From the human T2T-CHM13v2.0 reference genome, Homo sapiens, in the NCBI RefSeq assembly GCF_009914755.1, contig NC_060932.1: 64,000 bases of DNA; one strand, given 5' to 3'. The notes beneath the pieces are model-generated. The model made no database searches. It was not told the origin of the DNA and saw only the letters and a program-made list of their open reading frames with translations. Positions 12,275-26,840 of this stretch are shown in pieces (positions within the stretch are counted from its first letter, which is position 1; each line of letters starts with the position of its first letter). The position numbers were made by a program, and so were the translations under genes.

Positions 12275-12555
12275 TGTCATGGACCAAATGTTTGTTTCTC
12301 CCCTGCAAATTTCTATGTTGAAGCCCTAACCCCCAGTGGGATGGTATTAGGAGGTGGGGCCTCTGGGAGGTCTCTAGGGTTAGATGAGGTCCCATAACGG
12401 GATGGCTGTCAAAAGAAGAGGAGGAGACCACAGCCCTCTGTCCTCCTGGTGAGGACACAGGCAGAAGGGCCATCTATGAACCCAGCACCACCAGAACCCA
12501 GCCTGTTGGCATCTTCGTTCGTCTCAGACTTGCAGCCCACAGGATGGTGAGAAAG
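12275..12555 (+). mobile_element. MLT1A-like MaLR LTR (3' truncated)
   Basis: tgtcatggaccaaatgtttgt...tatgttgaagccctaacccccagtgggatggtattaggaggtggggcctctgggagg...gtgaggacacag. Confidence 0.8.
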
Positions 12556-12989
12556 GAGCCCAGGTGGTGGTGAGCAAACCCTCCTCTAGATGTCTGTTCC
12601 CTCTCCAGGCTCCTGGCCCGGAACTCCTTGGACAGATCACTCATGATGCAGAGAAACTCAATGTTCCCACCTCTGAGGCTCACCCACAAAGATGTTACAT
12701 GACATGGGCAGGGTTGGCTCTGCCCTACAAGGGTGTTCACGCAGACCAGCCCGACAGCCAGTGCCTCTCCCAACCATGGTGCACCCGAAACTCCTGCATC
12801 CAGCCCATGCTGTGTAGGAGTGAGCATCCATCACTTCTCTGTGACAGGTTTTGCACATGAAGCCCTATGTTGTATCTGCACATGTGGCAAGAGTGGCTGT
12901 TACTGAGCTCCTTGCACGGGGCAAGCAAGGTCCACCAGCAGCACATGGTGTCTGGCGGCCTCTCCCTATGGTGTCAGCAGCCACTGAAG

Positions 12990-13760
12990 ACTATTGCCTA
13001 GATTTACCAATTTATTAGGAGCTATGAAATGATGATATTTCAATTCCAAATTTTTATTAAAGAAAAAATTCCTAATTGACTAGTTGTTTACCTTGAGGTC
13101 AAGTCCATATTTTGGGCTTTTTGTTTTACTTTGTTTTAGTATCACCATTAACTCATAAATTAAACAGTTGACGTGTTTCAGTACAGTGCTTATTTTCCTT
13201 ACTGATGCTCACACTCTTGCAGCATTGGCCAATGGGGGCTTATTTGGGTTGAGCCTTTGGAGGTAAGTTCGGCGGTCTCTGATAAGTCTGTTCCTTCAGG
13301 TGTGGTGTGCTGTTGCAGGCACAGCTGGGACACGCTTGGTTCAGGCCTGGAACCACGCATTTCTCCAGAAGCCACAGGTCATTTGCTGAGAGAGGCCATG
13401 AGTGACCACAGTCTACTCACGAGGTGTTCACTGATCTGGACTTCATGCCTGTTTTTAGTTTTTTTTCTAGCTAGAGCTAGTCATTTCATACTGGGTGATT
13501 CAAATTCAGGAATACAGTGTTTCGAGTTAACCTCGTCGATTGCACAACGATTGCCTTTCAATCATATCAAAAATTTTGATTCTCAATGATGCGAAAGTAA
13601 AATACTCACTTAAACTACCCACCATGTAAGTGCCCACCTTGCCTCCAGGTGGTCTAACTTAACGTTTGTTTGTTTTTTTTAACTTGTTTGCTTTCATCAT
13701 TATTGTTATAGTTGTTAACATAGTGATTTCTTTTTAATATTCAGGAAAATCTATATTTTC
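12990..13760 (-). mobile_element. Old L1M (L1MC4/5-like) 3' region relic; related pieces at ~11690-12260
   Basis: tgatgctcacact...ttggccaatggggg and ggcctggaacc..gcatttctccagaagcc resemble the L1MC 3'UTR. Confidence 0.55.
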
Positions 13761-14893
13761 CTGACTTGCTTTTATCGTGGGGGGGGATTTGAAAATGCTC
13801 GTGTAGATTTTCCCGTGGTTGTTATCTGCTTTCCTGAGCGTGCAAGACAGGGCAGGAGGCTGGGATAGCTTCCTGAGTGCCACAGCTCCGGAGTTTCTGC
13901 TGTTTCCACAGGGACAACTTGGCCTTGTGCGTTCAGAAACCAGCCTTCCCCCGCTCCCCAGTCTGGCGTGGTGTTTCCTTCCTTTGCTGTGTTGTGCTTG
14001 TCCTGCTCCTGCTCGACTTGGATCTGAGTGTGTTCCTGGCAGTTTTTCTGCAGGGCAGGGATGTGCTCAGTACAGGAGTTTGTAGGAAGCAGATGGCTCC
14101 GTGACTGGGATCCTATTCCATTCATGCTCCCTTTGGCAAAGCTACAAATTATGTCCTTCAGGAGCTCCTGGGCCAGACCCTGTGCTCATACCTCACTTCC
14201 CCGTGAATTCCTTTTGGCATCTTGAGGTGCTTCTGTTTGTGGGGCCATCAGAAGCATACTTCCCTTCCCAGCTTTCTTCGACACAGAGCTTTGAGCCGTA
14301 CTGTTTGTCTCTGCCCTGCCATATGTGGGGTTCATGAGGGTACTTTGTCCCAGGTTCTGTTGAAGGTATTTCAATGGGTCCTTAGTTTTGCTATAAAATC
14401 TAGTCTGTGTATGTTTCTGGGAGAATCTGGGGAAATGCGCAAGCAACAGAACATTGCTACCACCTTCCCAGAATTCCTCTTAAATGTGCTTTTAATTCTC
14501 TGAGGAAACTCAGAACAGGGTTAATTGTAGAAAAGATCAGATGCATGTTATGTTTAGCTCTACAAAACTCTGCGAAGTATAGATTCTCATGCATTCAAAG
14601 GAAAATAATACATCGTCGTAAATTGTGTCCAATATAGTCATTCCTCCAACTCAAATTCGGTGTGACTTTCTGGTACCCAGAACTCTCCAGAAATCTCGTC
14701 TTCTCCAAAAGTTCTTGACTGTACTGTACTTTTGATATTATTTTGCCACTAACATTATGAAATAACTCTTCTAACCACAAAGCAAGTATGTTCACTATGC
14801 CTCCTCCCTCACAGGAGTGCTGTGCATGGTATCGGCCATGGAACCCTGAGAGCAGGGACGCTGGAGAGCAGCTCAGAAGAGGCAAGACATGGG

Positions 14894-15357
14894 TGCTGGG
14901 TTAGTTCCTGCAGCTGCTGTAAAAAGTCGCTACACACTCATAGTTTAAACAATTTAGTGTTCTTACAGTTCTGGAGGCCAAAAGTCCTGAAATCAAGGTG
15001 TGAGCAGCACTGCGTTCCTCTGGAGGCTCTGGGGGAAAATCTGTTCCCAGCCTTTTCCAGCTTCCAGAGGGGCCCGTCTTTCTGGGCTCGTGCCCTTCCT
15101 CCATCCTCAAGGCCCACAGGGCAGCACCTTCAGTGACCAACTGTGACTTCTGCTTGCCTCCCCACACCTTTCTCCTGCCTCCTCCTGTATGGACCCGTGT
15201 GACAAACCCAGATAACCCGATAATCTCCATCTCAAGATCCTTAACTTAGTCATATCTGCAAAGCCCATTTTCCAAGTGAGATAGCGTATTCACAGATCCT
15301 GGGGATTAGGATGTAGGGGGCCATTAGGGACCTTTGGGGCCATTATTCTGTGCACCA
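14894..15357 (-). mobile_element. MLT1C-like MaLR LTR
   Basis: cttacagttctggaggccaaaagtcctgaaatcaaggtgt...ctggaggctctgggggaaaatctgttcc...ctcaagatccttaacttagtcatatctgcaaag. Confidence 0.85.
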
Positions 15358-16409
15358 GTATTCTAGGAAAAACGAACAAGATTAGGGCACTGTTCTGACA
15401 GGTGAAGCCAAGACGAAAGGTTTCTGAACACCATCATGATGAACAGCATAAGAAGGAGGAACAAGGTTGCTCCTGAGGCCCTTTCAGCCATGCACTCACC
15501 CCCACTCCCCAGCCTTGCATCTTCAGGGTGCACCCAGGCTCCTCAGTGAGCTGCAGCGTCAGTAGAGTGGCCCTGGCCCGAGGATTCCTCAGCCAAGGAA
15601 AGCAGGTGAATAAATGAATCATTGTAATTTTATATTGAAAATCTATAACAGTTACACACAATGCGGCTAGGAAGTGCCAGAGAGGAAAAGACAAACCCTG
15701 CCTGGGGAAGTGGGTAATGCTGAAATAAGTTTTGATGCATGCTCAGTGTAGAAAAGAAGACAAGAATTCTAGGGTAAAGCAATCCTGTTAAACACACAAG
15801 GACAAATGGGAGAACATGATTTTTGAGAGATCTGTGAGCAGCTGGGTGTGGCTAAAACCTAAAGGGTCCTGACTGTAGATGAGGAGAAGAAAGAAGACGG
15901 AGAAGGAAAATGGATTCTGATGTGAATGTCTCTGTAGGAGGCCGTACGGGGGTTCGGTCTTCTCCTGCAGACAATGCAGAGACCTTGGACATTCATAATC
16001 AGAGCTATTTTGGAAAGATCTCCCTCAGAATACTCTGACAAGCATTGTCCGTATCACGGCCTTCTGTGCACATGTGTTTCTTCCTATACTGATTTGTAAA
16101 CTCGTTGCAAGTCATGGCTGCATTTGTCTTAGTTTTCCTTCCCTGTAACTTAAGTTTTCAAAAAAATTTTTATAGTTAAATTAGGTTGGACTGAATTGAG
16201 ACCACAAAATTCTATGAAATGATGGAACTTTTATGTAACAGGCATATTTATATTAAAGATATATTTAAGACAAATAAAATACTAATTTACATGTTCTATT
16301 GTGGAATTTAAATAAGCATGTATTCATTCTAATACCTCATATGCACATGCTTTTTAGAACACCATACTCAGGCATTCAAAAACAACCTGAATTTGAAGGT
16401 GTGTTCTCA

Positions 16410-16790
16410 TGTGAGGGTTAATTTTATGTGTCAACTTAACTGGGCCATGAGATGCCCAGATAGCCGTTAAAACATGATTTCTGGGTGTGTCTGTGAGGGT
16501 GTTTCTGGAAGAGATGAGCATTTGAATCAGTGGACTGAGTGAAGATCATGGGCTGGCCTCATCCAATCCTCTGCAGGCCTGAATAGAGCAAAAGGTGGAG
16601 GAAGGTTGAATTCCCTCTCTGCCTGATGGTGGGGCTGGAACGCCAGTCTTCTCTTGCCCTTGGCTTTCTGGCTCTTTGGCCTTTGAACGAAGCCACTGGC
16701 TTTCCCGGATCTCTGCCTTGCAGATGACAGGCTGTGGGACATTGCAGCTTTCACGATCACGTGAACCAACACCTCACAGGAAATCTCACT
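16410..16790 (+). mobile_element. MLT2 (ERVL) LTR
   Basis: tgtgagggttaattttatgtgtcaacttaactgggcca...tctgggtgtgtctgtgagggtgtttctggaagagatgagcatttgaatcagtggactgagt. Confidence 0.85.
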
Positions 16791-16890
16791 GGAGCTCTTT
16801 CTCCAGTCTTCAGACAGAAGGTTCTCTGTTAGGCACAAGAACAAGCTGTCCCAGCCTTGCTGTTTGTGCTGGAAAGGGCCTTATTGGAGA

Positions 16891-18009
16891 CGCTCCACGT
16901 TGCAGAATCCACACTCCACGTTACAGAATCCACACTCCACGTTACAGAGTCCACACTCCACGTTACAGAGTCCACACTCCACGTCAGAGTCCACACTCCA
17001 CGTTACAGAGTCCACACTCCACGTTACAGAAACCACACTCCACGTTACAGAGTCCACACTCCACGTTAGAGTCCACACTCCACGTTACAGAGTCCACACT
17101 CCACGTTACAGAATCCACACTCCACGTTACAGAGTCCACACTCCACGTTACAGAGTCCACACTCCACGTTACAGATTCCACACTCCACGTTAGAGTCCAC
17201 ACTCCACGTTAGAGTCCACACTCCACGTTACAGAGTCCACACTCCACGTTACAGAGTCCACACTCCACGTTAGAGTCCACACTCCACGTTACAGAGTCCA
17301 CACTCCACGTTAGAGTCCACACTCCACGTTAGAGTCCACACTCCACGTTACAGAGTCCACACTCCACGTTACAGAATCCACACTCCACGTTACAGAGTCC
17401 ACACTCCACGTTAGAGTCCACACTCCACGTTACAGAGTCCACACTCCACATTACAGAATCCACACTCCACGTTACAGAATCCACACTCCACGTTACAGAG
17501 TCCACACTCCACATTACAGAGTCCACACTCCACGTTAGAGTCCACACTCCACGTTAGAGTCCACACTCCACGTTAAAGAATCCACACTCCACGTTACAGA
17601 ATCCACACTCCACGTTACAGAGTCCACACTCCACGTTAGAGTCCACACTCCACGTTACAGAGTCCACGCTCCACGTTACAGAATCCACACTCCACGTTAC
17701 AGAGTCCACACTCCACGTTACAGAGTCCACACTCCATGTTACAGAATCCACACTCCACGTTACAGAATCCATGCTCCACGTTACAGAGTCCACACTCCAC
17801 GTTAGAGTCCACACTCCACGTTACAGAGTCCACACTCCACGTTACAGAATCCACACTCCACGTTACAGAGTCCACACTCCACGTTACAGATTCCACACTC
17901 CACGTTACAGAATCCACACTCCACGTTACAGAGTCCACGCTCCACGTTAGAGTCCACACTCCACGTTACAGAGTCCACACTCCACGTTACAGAGTCCACA
18001 CTCCACGTT
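16891..18009 (+). repeat. Minisatellite, 21-bp unit CAGAGTCCACACTCCACGTTA with interspersed 19-bp variants, ~54 copies
   Basis: Near-perfect tandem array. Variants are gagt/gaat/gatt and a 2-bp deletion (gttagag). Confidence 0.97.
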
Positions 18010-19819
18010 CAAGCGCAGGCCATGTGTCCTCTTCCCTGTTGCCCCAACACCTCCCTGCAACCCCCACTCCGAGTCTGAGGCTGTGGGGGTCTGGGTGGGG
18101 TCACACTGGTGTTGAGGTGGGGTGTGAGGTCACTGCAGTCTCCTGAGCAAACAGGCAGCCAGGCCCACTGCAGCTGCAGGGGAAGCGCCTTGCCTGAGGA
18201 GCCATGCTTCTCATCGTCCAGTTTCTAGGGATCTCCAAACTCTGCACCTTCCAAACGGGCTGCGTATCGGGCATTTTCCAATTTTCTTTGTCCAGTAATC
18301 TTCATTTCATCTCAGACTTCACAGTGGAAAGTGGTCTGCAGAGATTGCCCTGTGAATCTCCATTCTTGGGTCACACTTAACGTAAGAGCAAATTTCTAAT
18401 CAGTTTGGCAACTGACCACTTTCTCCCAGGACTCATCTGCCTCCTGCGTTCCTCTGTTCTGGTCAACTCTCTGCCATCAGGGACCTCGATCATGTCTTCT
18501 GCAGAACCACAGAGCAGGAAAGTGCTGAAAGCTGGATCTGCAGCAGCAATTGAAAGGCAGTGCGGTCCCAGCGTTCTTTATACAGGTGGCATGGGGTTGG
18601 GGCATGCATTTATACAGTGAGGCAGCTGATTTCGTAAAACTTTTCCATGTGAGAAGACAGTGGCTTTGAGAAGTAGCAACAGGACTAACCAGTACAAATT
18701 TTTATATGCCAATCATGTCCCAATAAAGTGGTCTTAAAAAAGGCTGAAGCTTATGACAAAAATAAAGAAAGAAAGCAAAAAAAGAAAGAAAAGAAAAAAA
18801 GAACGCACCCCCAAGGTGAATTCCAGGCAGCAGCAGCAGCCGTGGTGGATGGGCTCAGACCAACCCTCAGTGGGAGGAGCTAGGGAAGACCCCGCAGCTG
18901 CCCCGCTAGGTAATGACTGTGGGAAGCTGGCCCTAATCCCAGAGTTCCCAGTGCCCTCACAGTTTGTTAACCCAGGACACCCCTAGCACACCAGTCTCAT
19001 GAAAAGAGGGGGGTCCCTGAAGAGCACCCAGGTCCCTCCAGGCCACCCAGGCCCAGGGGTCGGTCTGGACCTGCCATCTCCTGCTTGTTCCCCCCAGCCC
19101 CTCCGGGGTCTGCCTCTGACACCAGCTGAGTGTGACCTTTGATGTCTCAGAGCTTCCGTGTCATCAGCTGTAAGGTCATCTGTCTTTCTTTCCCTTGGTG
19201 TTGGAAACTTTTAAATAACGTCGCACTCAGAACTCAACTTGTAACACTCCCATAGGGATATCTTCAGTGATGCTGGCCGGTAGCTGCACCCCTCATCCTT
19301 CTGTCTGGGCTGCTTCTTCCAGTCCTTTCTTGGGATCTGAATTTTACCCCTAAACTCTGTGCCAGGGGCCGAGGCCACAGTGCATGCTAGATGACGTCCC
19401 AAAGCTGCACTCAAGAACAGCTCATGTTGGCGAGGCACATACCAAACGCTGCCTCAGATAGAGAAGAGCCACCAGGACTTTAGACAAACCCGGAGAGAAC
19501 CCCAGAGGTGAAGACGCCCGGTGCTGGCTGGGACCTGTGCTGTTCCCCACAGGCCGACACAGCAGGGCCTCAGATACAGGGCAGACACATCCAGCCCTGC
19601 AAGGAACAGCCAACAGGATTCCGCGGGGCACGTGGAATCCTCTGCAGAGCTGTCTGTGTCCAGGGGCATTTCGTTCACTAAATGGTTCACTGAAGTGCTG
19701 TCCTGGAGAGATTTTCCAGCTTTAACGTATTTTTCAGTTGCCTTTTAGGAGAAATATCTGGTAGCGATCAAGAAAGCACAGTTGTCATAAATCAATAACT
19801 TTTTTAATGGAATTTTTTT

Positions 19820-20755
19820 CTTTTAAATAGACTTTAGTTTTTAGAACAGTAACATTAAGTGGAAAGTACGGAAAGTTCCCATTATCCCCTCCCCTCACAC
19901 GGCCTCCCCACAGTCAACGTCCCCCACAGAGCGTTGCATTTGTGATAGTCAATGAAGCTGAGTGAACATCCCTGTCACCAAGAGTCCACAGTTTACATTA
20001 GGGTTCACTCTGGATGTTGTTATTTCTATAGGTTTGAACAAGTCTAATGATGTATATCCACCATGACAGCACCATGCAGGGTGGTTTCACTGCCCTAAAA
20101 ATCCTCCGTGTGCCAACTGTTCATCCCTCCCTCCCAGCTAACCCCTGACAACCACCGGTGCTTTTACCGTTACCGTAATTTTGCCTGTTCCAGAATGTCG
20201 TATCGTTGGAATCATACAAGTATGTACCCTTTTTAGGTTGACTTCTTTCACTTAAGAACATGCATTTAAGCTTCCTTCATGTCTTTTCACAGCTTGACAG
20301 CTCATTTCTGTTTAGCCGTGAATAATATTCCATTGTCTGATGTGCCACCGTTTATCCGTTCTCCTACTGAAGGGCATCTTGGTTGTTTCCAAGTTTTGGC
20401 AGTTATGAATAAAGCTGCTGTAAACATCTGTGTGCAGGTTTTTGCATGGACATATGTTTTCAGTTTATTTGGGTAAATACCAGGGAGCATGATTGCTGGA
20501 TTTTGTGGTAAAATGTTTAGTTTTATAAGAAACTGCCAAACTGTCTTCCCAAGTGGCTGCGCTGTTTTGCATTCCCACTCTGGAATGGATGAGAGTTCCT
20601 GCTGCTCCACATCCTCGCCAGGTTTGGTGCTGTCAGGGTCTGGATTCTGGCCCCTCTAATAGGGGCGTGGTGGTGTCTGGCTGACATTTTAATTTGCATT
20701 TCCCTGGTAACATATCATGTGGAGCATCTTTTTCATATGCTTATCTGTCATCTTT
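19820..20755 (-). mobile_element. L1MC1/2-like 3' fragment
   Basis: agtccacagtttacattagggttcactct; tttcactgccctaaaaatcctc; actgaagggcatcttggttgtttccaagttttggcagttatgaataaagctgct. The ORF at 20302-20610 translates as a degenerate L1 ORF2 C-terminus (MFTAALFITAKTWKQPRCPS). Confidence 0.88.
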
Positions 20756-21111
20756 ATGAATTTCAATTCAGTTTCCAACATTCTTAAAGGAAAAAAGAAG
20801 ATTTTCAGCTAAACTTTTCTGGTAAATTGAAGATGTAACACATATCTATTCATATGGAAAGTGATGTCACCTCTGAAACATTGATAATTCTCAAGGAGAA
20901 GTTTCCACGGAGGACACAACACAGCGAGCTCCAAGTATTCTAGCTTTGGCCAATTGTGAGAGGCTCCTTTAGGTTAAAGGCAGAATATGGTTATGAAAAC
21001 CACAGGGAAAAGAGGGCATTCTCCAGTCTCTTCGTAAAGAAATTGGAGTCTAGAGTAAAATGTGCCCCTTTGTTAAAATATTATTGCTCAAGAAGTAGAA
21101 ATATATAAAAT

Positions 21112-21150
21112 GTATATATCATATATATATAATACACACACACACACACA
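21112..21150. repeat. (TA)n(CA)n microsatellite
   Basis: atatatatat...acacacacacacacaca. Confidence 0.8.
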
Positions 21151-22019
21151 GCAAAGAAAATACGGTTCCAAATTCATTCAAACTGGTTCCGTACTGTGCT
21201 TCAATTCTCATGTCAGATGCTGGGTTGGAAGGATTTGGGATGTCGTGTAATCTGAAGCCTAATGATCCAAACAGATTGAACGTTAAGTCAGTAAGAATTT
21301 CTTATTGCTTGTTATAGGATGTTTACTGATTTGAAAACAGAATGTTTTTTAAGAGAAAGAAGTTAAGTGCCACACATTTCAATTTAAAATGTGAGATGAA
21401 GTATATTTCCTTGCCAATAGACACAAAAACACGTAGCTTTTTTCTTTTTCCACAGACTTTATAGAGCAGACCCGTTATTTCTGTGGAAACCCCTGGTGTG
21501 CCTGTTGATGGAATAAACGGTGAGCTTGGAGCACCTCGCCGCTCCCTGGCCGCAGGCCTTCCACAGCTTCCCAGGGCTCTGAGGTGTGTCCCGGTCCTGT
21601 AGCCCCCAACAGATGCCTTCTGCTCCTCAGGCTCCGTGCTCGGCACACTGTGTTCCAGCTCTGCTCCTGTAAAGCTCATCTTCTCTTAATTCCACTGAGC
21701 ATTTTTGCCTCTTTCCTCTTCACATCTGTTGATAGTTCCCTGCACGTGAATGCCAGCCTCTTCTTCTCCAACAGTGAAGAGATGCCCAGGTTTCCCAGCC
21801 ACTGCAAAGGGGCCCTGCGTGAGGCAGGCGGCGCATCTATGCTGCCTTCGAATCAGATGACCTGGGCTCAAATTCAGCCACTCACGAGAACTGTGGAAGC
21901 ACTTACATTACTTCAGCTCTTCAAGCTTCAACCTGCCCCGACAGTGGAGTGGACATAATATAAGAGACGACATGCCCCTGGTGCCTGCTCCATGCTGGAC
22001 ATGGTCTCAGCTGCTAGGG

Positions 22020-23200
<1,181 letters not shown>

Positions 23201-25139
23201 TGGTATCTGGAGGTGGCATCTGGAGGTGGGTGCATGAGCACCAGAGAGGAAAGTCAGATTTTCTGTTGCTTTTTGTTTGGTTGGCTGATTTTTGTTTGCT
23301 TTGGTTTTGGATGGAGAGTAGCATATTTGCATACTGATGGGTTGATAACTCTGAGTTATGAAAAGATCTCATTAATGAATATGGAATACCTGGTCATACG
23401 CGACAGTGAGTAAATGCTGGCTGTTGTTTTCATCACTGTCACCTTTTTCTAAGCCTCTCTTCACATGTTCTGGCTTATTCTAGTTTGAGTTAGAGCACTG
23501 TTGTATGAGCTACACTTCTGGTTTTATAAACACTGTGTTATTCTACACTATTTCTCACATGGGCCTTTGCTTCTTGGGTTTGGTACAAACTCCTGGATGG
23601 CAAATTCTGTGCCTTGTCCACTGCCCACCCTGCGATGCCTGGCACTGTGCTAGCTCAAAGCTTGAATTCAAGTCAGCTGCGAAACTGCATCCAAGAGTCA
23701 TCTGGAGGAAAGTGTTGTTTGCTCTTGGGGCATGCAGACCCAATCTGATGGGGCAGGTGCTCTGTCTTCAATTCCCTGTGTCCCGAGAGGGGGCAGGAGG
23801 AGGAGTGGCACAGGCAGCTGTTGTACCTCCCTGTGAACAGGAACCCCAGTGGCGGAGTTCAGATTTCTGTAGCTGGACACACTCTTGGCCTCAAACTGCA
23901 CTGCAATCACAGCCATTTGGCTCCAAGTTCTGAAAGGGTGGCTTGTGAAAAAAGAACTCTAGAGAGAAATTAAAGCTCAACTTCCAAGGAATTTCTAGTC
24001 TGTGTATTTGTGTTTTATCCCCAGTTGATGGTACCTAGAAGACCAAAAGGAGGGCAGCTTCATGTCTGAGAGTGAGCACCGACTTGGAAGTCTAAAAGGC
24101 ACCACACATGAGTCTCGTCTCCTGTCCTCAAACACTTGAGACTCCTGCATGTGGCACCCGACAGCGTCCTCTTCTCAGGAGGAGAAACCACCACATGATG
24201 TGCAGACACGGAGACATATTTCCCTCAAGTGCGTACAACAGAGGTTGGAGCACTAAAGCCCTAACGTTAGAGCCAGAGGTATTAAAAAGAGAATGCAAGG
24301 CCAAAGCCTTAATAGTATGCTTTTTCATCTAGTGCTAAACAAAGGAGAATATAGTTCAGTGCGAGAGAAACTTTGAAGCCAATAAAATAGCAGGAAAAAT
24401 GGAAAATAAGAGGAGGACCAGGTAATTTAGGATATATTTTAAGTTTTACAGCAGAAACAGACACAAAAACCTGAGAAAGACAAGTGCACATTTAAATGAG
24501 AAAATGAAAGCACATTGTTTTCAGGATACCTAAGATAATGACACAAGAATGAAAATGAGTTCATTTCTACAATTACTTGAATCGACCAAATGGGCGTTAA
24601 CGTCTGTGTATTATACATCTTGCCCCCTCTGAAGTTCTGTCCTCATTTCTCCTCCCTCTTTCAGAGTCTCCATTATTTTCCTCTAGAGATTGGCATTCAA
24701 GGCACACGGCTCTGAATCAGCAGTTGCTGTAATTAGGGTGTATCCATGGTAATGATAACGAGGGCTAATACTAATCCCTCCTTCTTCCCTCTTCCTTTCC
24801 TTTTCTGACTCTTGTCCCCAGGGTCCCCATCCCACTCATGTGTGCACACACACACGTGCACACAAACACACACACAGGTGCACACAAGCACTCCTAGGAC
24901 ATCCACAAGAGGATGGGCACCCATGCAGAGCGGCCTTGCCACCCCCAGAGCAGATGGCCAGCCACACGTCAACATCAGAAAGGCTCGTATCCTTCTGAAA
25001 TGGAGGACTCCCTGTTGTGAACCTAATAGAATATCGACATGTGGACACCACAGTTCAGCCAGATTCTCTCGAAAGTGTCTCTGCTGATAGAGGTCCACAA
25101 TGTCATACTCATGTTTAGAAGCCTGAGATATTTGGACTC

Positions 25140-26130
25140 TGCAATCAGCTGAATTGTGTCCTGCCAAAGCCCTATGTTGAAGCCCTAACCCTTAATGTGG
25201 CTGTCTTTGGAAATGGGGTCTTCAAACAGGTGATGAAGGTTAGGTGAGACCACAAGGGAGGGTCCTGAGCCAATGGGAGTGATGTCCCCAGGAGAAGGCG
25301 AAGGGATGTCAGGGATGCGCGTGTAGAGGGAGGACCACGTGAGGGCTTGGGAGGACGTCAGGGATGCGCGTGTAGAGGGAAGACCACGTGAGGGCTCGGG
25401 AGGACATCATGGATGTGCGTGTAGAGGGAGGACTACGTGAGAGCACGGGAGGACATCAGGGATACAAATGCAGGGGGAGGACCACGTGAGGACATAGGAG
25501 GATGTCAGGGATGTGAGTGCAGAGAGAGGACCACGTGAGGGCACATGAGGATGTCAGGGATGTGAGTGTAGAGAGAGGACCACGTGAGGGCACAGGAGGA
25601 CGTCAGGATGTGAGTGCAGAGAGAGGACCACGTGAGGGCACATGAGGATGTCAGGGATGTGAGTGTAGAGAGAGGACCACGTGAGGGCATGGGAGGACGT
25701 CATGGATGCAAGTGCAGGGGGAAGACCACGTGAGGGCACGGGAGGACGTCAGGGATGTGAGTGCGGAGGGAGGACCACGTGAGGGCTCGGGAGGACGTCA
25801 GGGATGTGAGTGCAGAGGGAGGACCACGTGAGGGCACGGGAGGACGTCAGGGATGTGAGTGCAGGGGGAGGACCATGTGAGGACATAGGAGGATGTCCGG
25901 GCTTCGAGTGCAGAGAGAGGAACGTGTGAGGACATGGGAGGATGTCAGATATGCGTGTGCAGAGGGAGGACCACATGAGAACATGGGAGAAGATGTCGTC
26001 TGCAAGCCAGGGAGAGGCCTCAGGAGGACCAGCCCTGCCACACCTTGCTCTGGGACTGCCACCCGCCAGTACCCTAGGAGAACACATTCCTGTTGGTGAA
26101 GCTGCCAAGGCCGTGCTGCAGCACCAGGGG
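25140..26130 (+). mobile_element. MLT1A-like MaLR LTR with an internally expanded minisatellite
   Basis: 5' part gaattgtgtcc...tatgttgaagccctaaccctt...tttggaaatgggg and 3' part tctgcaagccagggagaggcctcaggagga...ccctgccacaccttg flank the array. Confidence 0.85.
25305..25990 (+). repeat. Minisatellite, 49-bp unit (GTCAGGGATGTGAGTGCAGAGAGAGGACCACGTGAGGGCACGGGAGGAC), ~14 copies
   Basis: Period 49 (unit starts at 25305, 25354, ...). Ten copies contain CACGTG. Confidence 0.95.
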
Positions 26131-26689
26131 CCTCTGGCTGATAGACTGCAGAGCAGCGATGCCAGTGGTAGCCTCCAAGTAAACTCTCTAAAGGGATTTT
26201 GTTTTCTATCCTCATTTTTCCTGCCTTATCTTTCAAGAGACTTCGTTTACCTTCACTTGTGTGGGTTCGTTTCTAAATACAGAGAAGGAATGCAGGCAAA
26301 GGAGTACCAAGCCAAGCCATCTTTTTAAAAGATAAACAGGGCACATTTTTCTTCCTTCCTGAGCAACTCATACACCAAATATGTACAGAACACCTGTAAA
26401 TGGTAGAGGATTCAGATATTTTGAAAGCACAAAACCTACTCTCGAAGAACACACAACTGCTGAGAGGTAACAAAGTTTTGGCCGCTGTAGCTGCTAAAAA
26501 TAGAGTTGTCATATCCTAAAACTAAAAATAAAGAAATACATCACTGATCAAACACGCTTGATGGCCTTCATTTGCATACGGTCGTGACAAGCCCGGTGGG
26601 AGGTGTAAGAATACTTGGGTGTTACCCTGCCCCCGAGGAGCTCATGAAAGCGGTGTTCACAGCATGCTGCAGTTGCTCACATCGTAGTT

Positions 26690-26840
26690 CATAAGGCATT
26701 TTCTCACATGCCACCTAAACTCTTCTGCGGGGCAGCTGGGGCAGGCACCGCCTTTCTACTTCTCAGGTGTGAAAACTGAGGGTCTCAAAGAGGCAAGCAC
26801 TTGCCAAAGTCACGCAGCAAGCAAGGACAAATGAGAGGGA
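26690..26840 (-). mobile_element. MIR SINE relic
   Basis: gaaaactgagggtctcaaagaggcaagcacttgccaaagtcacgcagc is the MIR core in reverse. Confidence 0.6.

Noticed and set aside
16676-18146. ORFs encoding (HVTESTL)n, (TPRYRVH)n and (VTWSVDS)n
   Set aside because: These are translations of the 21-bp VNTR, open in several frames, mostly with non-ATG starts and broken by 19-mers.
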